Shown here in pieces: positions 58,784 to 64,000 of a stretch of DNA of 64,000 nucleotides. The DNA is from an uncultured Candidatus Saccharibacteria bacterium. GTDB lineage: Bacteria > Patescibacteriota > Dojkabacteria > SC72. The notes under the pieces were generated by a model, which searched no databases, was not told the DNA's origin, and saw nothing but the letters and a program-made list of their open reading frames with translations. Position numbers and translations under genes: made by a program. The DNA lies in NCBI GenBank assembly GCA_964514595.1, contig CAZEQZ010000002.1, forward strand, positions 29,812 to 93,811, given 5' to 3'. Within the stretch, counting starts at the first letter, position 1; every line of letters begins with the position of its first letter.

Positions 58784-59677
58784 ATGAAGATAGAAGACTA
58801 TAATGTGATATTTATAACGCTAGATTCTTTACCATATCAAACGGCCGTATTGTCACCTAACCTCTTTCTGAATAAGATTTCGACACTAAAAAAAGCTGAA
58901 ACACATGGTACCTACACCTACCCAGCACACCACTCTTTTTTCATTGGATTAATTCCTAGATTAATAGGTAACAGTAGCAACAAATATTTGGGAAAGTATT
59001 CCCAGATCTGGAGAAATAATTCTGCAAATCAATCAGAGAAGAAGGTCGCAATTTTTTTCAAAGAAAAAAGCATTATTGACTTTTACAAAAATAAAAATCA
59101 TCAAACTATTGGTTTTGGGGGAGTAGAATTTTTTAATACTTATAAAAAAAGTAATACATTGCCAAATCTTTTCGAAGAATTTGTTTTCTTCGGTCCTAAA
59201 GAGAAATTAGACAAATTAGAAAGAATCCCTAGAAGCCCGAATTGGTTTCCTTTAAATAACCTTGATTACATTACTCATAAGATAAAAGACAACCCTTTCT
59301 TCCTTTTCATCAATTCTATAGCGACTCATATTCCTTATGATAATCCTAATACCCATTTATCGGACAATGATAAAAAAATAATTGCAAAGATCTACAGAGA
59401 GCATGATCTAAAAATCCCAAGAACGAAGAGGAATATTCCTATATCCTCCGAGGAAATACTTCGGATTCGAAAAATTCAACAAGATTCATTTTCTTGGGCA
59501 GATACGCAAATTAAAAAGCTAATAGACCTTATTCCAAGGAAAAGACCAACTATTCTAATAGTTTGTAGCGATCATGGGGAAGAATTTGGGGAGTTTGGGA
59601 GGTTCGGTCATGCCCACTTTGCACGCACAATTATGTATGTTCCATATTGGGATTGTATTTTAGATAAAAATAGCTAA
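58784..59677 (+). CDS. alkaline-phosphatase-superfamily metalloenzyme (sulfatase/phosphopentomutase-like)
   Basis: N-terminal IFITLDSLPY and C-terminal CSDHGEEFGEFGRFGHAH (the SDHGE motif). Confidence 0.55.
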   Translation: MKIEDYNVIFITLDSLPYQTAVLSPNLFLNKISTLKKAETHGTYTYPAHHSFFIGLIPRLIGNSSNKYLGKYSQIWRNNSANQSEKKVAIFFKEKSIIDFYKNKNHQTIGFGGVEFFNTYKKSNTLPNLFEEFVFFGPKEKLDKLERIPRSPNWFPLNNLDYITHKIKDNPFFLFINSIATHIPYDNPNTHLSDNDKKIIAKIYREHDLKIPRTKRNIPISSEEILRIRKIQQDSFSWADTQIKKLIDLIPRKRPTILIVCSDHGEEFGEFGRFGHAHFARTIMYVPYWDCILDKNS

Positions 59678-59687
59678 CTATTAACTC

Positions 59688-60569
59688 ATGAATATTGCTT
59701 ATACTATAAATTTGGATGAATTTGGACAAGATCTTGATATTTCGATACGCAAGTGCCAAGAATTAGGAATTCAGAATGTTGAACTCAGATCTATCAATAA
59801 TAAAAACCTTCTAGACTTCACAAACAAAGAAATCTTTAACTTATCGAAAAAATTAAGTACTGCAAATCTTAAACCTGTTGCCCTTGCATCTCCTGTTTTT
59901 AAATGGTTTTATTTCGAGGAAACCTCGTCGTTCATATCGTTTGATAGCTATTATTTCGAGAAGTTTTTATCAATTCAAAAAAAGAAAAAATATATATTCC
60001 GCACTTTTGAAATAGCCTCTATGCTGAAAATACCAATTATACGAGTCTTCTCATACATAAAGGATGACTCCATCCCTATCTCTACTGTTCCTGAATTATT
60101 TAAAGATTCTCTTTTTAAACTAGCTATTTCTCTAGCAAAGAAGAACTCTCTTTCCTTATACATAGAAAATGAACCTATCTGTTTAGTAAGAGATGCCGAT
60201 ACGGTGAACAATCTAATCCCCTATATAAAGGATTCCCCTATAAAGGTTTGGTTTGATATATCAAACTTTTTCATGGTTGGAGACGATTTGAGTAAGACTT
60301 TTCTAAATAAGATTTTACCTTTTACTGATTATATCCAATTTAAAGATTTTTCACGAAAGGAAAATTTTGTATACGTTCCTTTAATGACAGGAGATGTTCC
60401 TTATGAAAATATACTAAACAATATTAACAGCTTTTATAAAGAAAATGATACTGTCTTTTTTAATGTAGAAACTCATATAGAAGAAGACAAAGATGACGCT
60501 ATAAAAGAATCTTTTAAGAATTTACGAAATACTGTGAGAAAAATCTCGTCCAATACTAGTACCTTCTAA
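59688..60569 (+). CDS. xylose-isomerase-like TIM-barrel protein, paralog of ORF 55365
   Basis: Collinear similarity to the 55365–56219 product along the whole length. Confidence 0.6.
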   Translation: MNIAYTINLDEFGQDLDISIRKCQELGIQNVELRSINNKNLLDFTNKEIFNLSKKLSTANLKPVALASPVFKWFYFEETSSFISFDSYYFEKFLSIQKKKKYIFRTFEIASMLKIPIIRVFSYIKDDSIPISTVPELFKDSLFKLAISLAKKNSLSLYIENEPICLVRDADTVNNLIPYIKDSPIKVWFDISNFFMVGDDLSKTFLNKILPFTDYIQFKDFSRKENFVYVPLMTGDVPYENILNNINSFYKENDTVFFNVETHIEEDKDDAIKESFKNLRNTVRKISSNTSTF

Positions 60570-60640
60570 ATATTATAACTTCATATTACTGAGTTGATTA
60601 CATAATGTATAAAAATATTTAATATTGATATAATCTTTCT

Positions 60641-61501
60641 ATGGGAATATTATTCGCTTTATTATCATCACTCTTTTTCGCATTAAGCTATACAAGCTTA
60701 AAAAGAAGCTACCAGGAATTCCCTCCCTCCGTAGCATTCTTCTTCGATATGATCTTTGGATTACTAATATGGATACCCTTCTCCTTACTCTTAGGCTTCA
60801 ACTTCTCAGATATTCTAACAGTACTACCGTATGCACTACTCAGCGCAATTCTTTCAGAAGCACTTGTTTTCTATATATTCTCCAAAGGAGAAATCAGCAT
60901 CACAGGCACAATAATCGCTTCTTACCCTGTATACACAATCCTTTTTGCAACGATACTTCTAGGGGAGACACTACAACCTCTTCATTGGTTCTTTGTATTT
61001 TTAACAATCATAGGAACTATCTTAACTTCGCTTCCAGACAGAATATCTAAGGAAGAATTTAAAAAGAAGGAATACATTCTTTGGGCAATAGCAGGAGCTA
61101 CTGGTATTGGTTTATCCGATACTATATCCAAGGGAGTGATAGATAGAACATCAGCATCAGCCTTTCTTTTCTCTCTAGCCTTCATGCAAATACCTGTGAG
61201 TCTTCTCTATTTAAAACTAGAAAAGGAGGATCCAAAACATATTTTTAAATTTATAAAAGATATTAAAAGATACAAATATTCGATTATAGGATCACTTTTG
61301 AATGTGTTAGGATTAATAGGATTATGGTTGGCCTTTGAGTATACATATGTCTCAATAGCTTCTCCATTAACAGCAGCATACCCTGGATTAATGATTGTAC
61401 TTGCTGTTTTATGGTTGAAGGAAAAGCCTAGGATTATAGAATTAGTAGGACTTGCTATAATAATGATAGGAATAATTGGTATAAGCTATTTCTATATTTA
61501 A
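60641..61501 (+). CDS. EamA/DMT-family transporter
   Basis: 10 TM helices arranged as two EamA repeats (GILFALLSSLFFALSYTSLKRS...). Confidence 0.75.
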   Translation: MGILFALLSSLFFALSYTSLKRSYQEFPPSVAFFFDMIFGLLIWIPFSLLLGFNFSDILTVLPYALLSAILSEALVFYIFSKGEISITGTIIASYPVYTILFATILLGETLQPLHWFFVFLTIIGTILTSLPDRISKEEFKKKEYILWAIAGATGIGLSDTISKGVIDRTSASAFLFSLAFMQIPVSLLYLKLEKEDPKHIFKFIKDIKRYKYSIIGSLLNVLGLIGLWLAFEYTYVSIASPLTAAYPGLMIVLAVLWLKEKPRIIELVGLAIIMIGIIGISYFYI

Positions 61502-61525
61502 TACATTACTTCACACTCATCCCCC

Positions 61526-62407
61526 CTACTCCGATATAGTCAATTTAAATGACTTAACTATATCTCCATCTATCTCTGCTCTCTCATGATTAATAGATGA
61601 TGATGTAAATCCATCTCCCTCATCTGTAACCTCTATAAAAGGTAATCCATCCACTATATCAAAATATACCTCTTTAAAAATTTTCTCATACCTATCCTTA
61701 CTAAAATCGGTATCTATTAAATATGTCCAATAAAAATTACTAGATCCTCCATCATAATACGTTCCTGACTCCATATAATAATCTGATATTGATATAGAAT
61801 CAGAAAAAGCATCAGGAAGAGACATACCATTCCTTCTAACTACACTTAACACTCCACCACCTGAATATTTTCTTTCTGCATTTGATGACCCTCTTAACAA
61901 AACTATATAGTTATATGGATAGCCTCCAGCTATTCTTTCTTCAGGATTTTCTGGTAGATCAGCTGTAAATGTAATTATATACCTACCAATTAATCTGCAC
62001 TCCTCTGGATCTATACTAATACCAATACTCCCTATTAAATTCTCTCCAGATATATTAAGAACCTTTCCATCATATTGCTCTGCATACGGTTTACATTCCT
62101 CAGGCGTTAATTTAGGAACATTATTTGTACTATTTTTTGAGTTGGTATTAACAAAGAAGAATGAAATGGAGAGTATAAGTAGAATAGAAAAAAGTATTAA
62201 CCATATAAAAGAGGAAAGTATGGTATATAGTTTTGTGAAATTAACTACAGTAAATGTAATCCAAAGAAAAATTAAAATGCCTATCCATGGGCTAAAACCT
62301 TTAAGAAGTAGTAGAAGGGTTATAAATAATATTGATATTATTAATACTATCTTTGTAAAGAGTTTTCTATTTGAAAAAATCTCATTAAATCTTTTAACTA
62401 TATCCAT
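61526..62407 (-). CDS. membrane-anchored extracytoplasmic hypothetical protein
   Basis: 2–3 N-terminal TM helices followed by a 200-aa soluble domain. Confidence 0.4.
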   Translation of the reverse strand: MDIVKRFNEIFSNRKLFTKIVLIISILFITLLLLLKGFSPWIGILIFLWITFTVVNFTKLYTILSSFIWLILFSILLILSISFFFVNTNSKNSTNNVPKLTPEECKPYAEQYDGKVLNISGENLIGSIGISIDPEECRLIGRYIITFTADLPENPEERIAGGYPYNYIVLLRGSSNAERKYSGGGVLSVVRRNGMSLPDAFSDSISISDYYMESGTYYDGGSSNFYWTYLIDTDFSKDRYEKIFKEVYFDIVDGLPFIEVTDEGDGFTSSSINHERAEIDGDIVKSFKLTISE

Positions 62408-62461
62408 ATTGTATAAAAATTATATTAAATGAAAAGAACTACTAGGAAACAAAAAACTACT

Positions 62462-64000
62462 TTAAGCATACTGGCTCTCTGATTTATTAATACCTTTATA
62501 TAGAAAGGATAAAACTATAACTGAGCTCAGAACTATTACTACCCACCAAGGAAACTTTTTACTATTCTCTACAATTATTTCATGTACCTCATCTTCCTTC
62601 CCTAAAACTAAACTCTGTTCATACTCCTTTCCATCATATATAACCCTTATTATATACTCACCCTTTTCAAAATCCTGAATTACAACTTCTCCATTCTCAT
62701 CAGTTAAATACTCTCTACCCTCAATAATTACCTTCGCACCAGCTAATACATTTCCCTTATTATCAACTATCCTTATCCTATACTCTACACTTTTCTCATC
62801 ATCCTTTTCTTCTACTACAATCTCCTCTACCTCATCCTCTTCCACTTCCTCTTCTAATGGAGGAATATATGTATATGTAACATTCCTCCTCGTTATTACT
62901 GTTGTTAAAGATGGTGTTGTATCTATAACAGGAGATGTAGGAGTTTCTGTTTGAGGTTGAGAAATTACATATGTAAATTCAGAGACAGAAGAAGCAATAC
63001 CATCTATACAACCCACAGCTCTAATTACAGATGTAACGGATATAGGTATGGAAGTTGTATACACTGTACCTGTACTACATGTAGGTACTGATCCATTAAC
63101 TGTATACCTTATACTACTACTTCCCGTTGAAGAAAGAGATACATTAAAACCAGTAGAATATGTACCTGAAGCTACATTAGAGACCGGTGCAGACGGCATA
63201 ACTAAATTTTGTATACCTAATACAGGATATCCTTTTCCATCGTATACATTACTCCATATTGTATCAAAATCCCAATCAGGATCTGTATTATATACCTTAT
63301 GTGAATATGTCTTAAATATATCCATACTACCAGCTCTTTCATAGTGATCTGCAGATTCATCATTATCAAAAGGAGAAGGTCCATTGGGGCTCATCACTAA
63401 ACCAATTGCTCTAACAATACTACTAGACCACCAGCTATTATTTAATACAGCCAAATCTAAATCACAATCTTCACCTTCACAGAAAGTGATATTTAATCTC
63501 CCAATTAAACCACCAACATATACTTTCTCATAACTACTGCTGTAGTTTTCTAACACTAAATTAGCAAAATTATTTACAATCTTAAGAAAAAAAACAGTTA
63601 TTCTTTCAACAAAAGGTTTTCCAAGGATATTGACCATATCAGAAAGAAGACCCTCTTCCATAAATTCAGCCCCTATTAAACCACCAATAGCCGTTTCTAT
63701 ACCACTAGAACCGATATCATTTATATCTACACTGGTATTACTATATGAATTCTCAATATCTGAAACTATCGTAACACCTGCTAAGCCACCTAAATAAGGG
63801 GCATATTGATCAACCTCAAAGGCCTCACTGGTAGATTCCCATTTGGACATATCAAAAGATCCTGTGTTATACGAGTTCTTAATAATTCCATTAACCCCTA
63901 TCCCAAGTAAACCACCAACCCCATCTAATAGTATCATATTAGAAAGTACTAACTGTGTGGTAATATCACCTACATTGTATGATTCTTGGATATCAATTAA
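62462..64000 (-). CDS. 5'-partial cell-surface protein: CHB_HEX_C-like beta domain, CarboxypepD_reg-like domain and a C-terminal TM anchor
   Basis: The frame stays open to the window edge upstream of the ATG at 63937, so the gene is probably longer. GTYSTGFNVSLSSTGSSSIRYTVNGSVPTCSTG resembles the chitobiase/hexosaminidase C-terminal domain. YRIRIVDNKGNVLAGAKVIIEGREYLTDENGEVVI is transthyretin-like. An acidic EEEVEEDEVEE spacer follows. The C-terminus is WWVVIVLSSVIVLSFLY. Confidence 0.6.
   Translation of the reverse strand, partial: LIDIQESYNVGDITTQLVLSNMILLDGVGGLLGIGVNGIIKNSYNTGSFDMSKWESTSEAFEVDQYAPYLGGLAGVTIVSDIENSYSNTSVDINDIGSSGIETAIGGLIGAEFMEEGLLSDMVNILGKPFVERITVFFLKIVNNFANLVLENYSSSYEKVYVGGLIGRLNITFCEGEDCDLDLAVLNNSWWSSSIVRAIGLVMSPNGPSPFDNDESADHYERAGSMDIFKTYSHKVYNTDPDWDFDTIWSNVYDGKGYPVLGIQNLVMPSAPVSNVASGTYSTGFNVSLSSTGSSSIRYTVNGSVPTCSTGTVYTTSIPISVTSVIRAVGCIDGIASSVSEFTYVISQPQTETPTSPVIDTTPSLTTVITRRNVTYTYIPPLEEEVEEDEVEEIVVEEKDDEKSVEYRIRIVDNKGNVLAGAKVIIEGREYLTDENGEVVIQDFEKGEYIIRVIYDGKEYEQSLVLGKEDEVHEIIVENSKKFPWWVVIVLSSVIVLSFLYKGINKSESQYA

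Noticed and set aside
1-64000. Alternative genetic code (UGA or UAA reassignment)
   Set aside because: Long conserved genes (recA, eno, ileS, gltX, aspS, tsaD) are full length with standard stops and no internal in-frame stops. The single in-frame TAA at 46036 is isolated.

Overview
The window is AT-rich (about 32% GC by eye), gene-dense bacterial DNA that uses the standard genetic code. Long conserved genes such as recA, eno, ileS, gltX and aspS are full length and end at ordinary stop codons. The bacterial markers are RecA/RecX/RecJ, RmuC, a CarD/CdnL regulator, MscL, a t6A-synthesis cluster (tsaD next to a tsaC–tsaE fusion), a T-box leader on ileS, and tRNAs with encoded CCA ends. The gene content is that of a small-genome, uncultivated-type bacterium, possibly CPR/Patescibacteria-like, though that label is an inference. 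Consistent with that, it has an archaeal/eukaryotic-type AspRS, a eukaryote-like type-2 IleRS, an archaeal-type S-adenosylmethionine synthetase and several very large surface proteins. Housekeeping content: IleRS, GluRS, AspRS, enolase, thioredoxin, Hsp20, the M3 peptidase PepF, protein-L-isoaspartate O-methyltransferase, CutA, a guanylate-kinase-like protein, six tRNAs (Gln-CUG, Val-CAC, Val-UAC, Leu-GAG, Asp-GUC and one atypical tRNA), an MFS and an EamA transporter, and an envelope set (CapA, YvcK, FkbM methyltransferase, flippase, lysozyme-like secreted proteins). The features most worth a second look are these. (1) A seven-gene minus-strand operon at 51269–58076 couples an HprK-like P-loop kinase and the archaeal-type MAT to sugar/cyclitol-modifying enzymes, with a divergent module alongside it; the product is unknown. 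(2) A GC-rich palindromic repeat family, GGGACAGRCCRGGGTCWGACCC, lies upstream of eno and has inserted in frame into tsaD. (3) Between carD and ileS there are two tandem ~120-nt elements whose closing helix shows compensatory base changes. (4) A 105-nt tRNA-like or Y-RNA-like element sits between a kinase gene and a nucleotidyltransferase gene. (5) One tRNA has a 9-nt anticodon loop. (6) There is a tsaC–tsaE fusion. (7) A 1808-aa surface protein combines a glycine-rich region, FN3 repeats and a C-terminal pair of CarbopepD_reg-like domains with transmembrane helices. No CRISPR array, transposase or integrase was seen.
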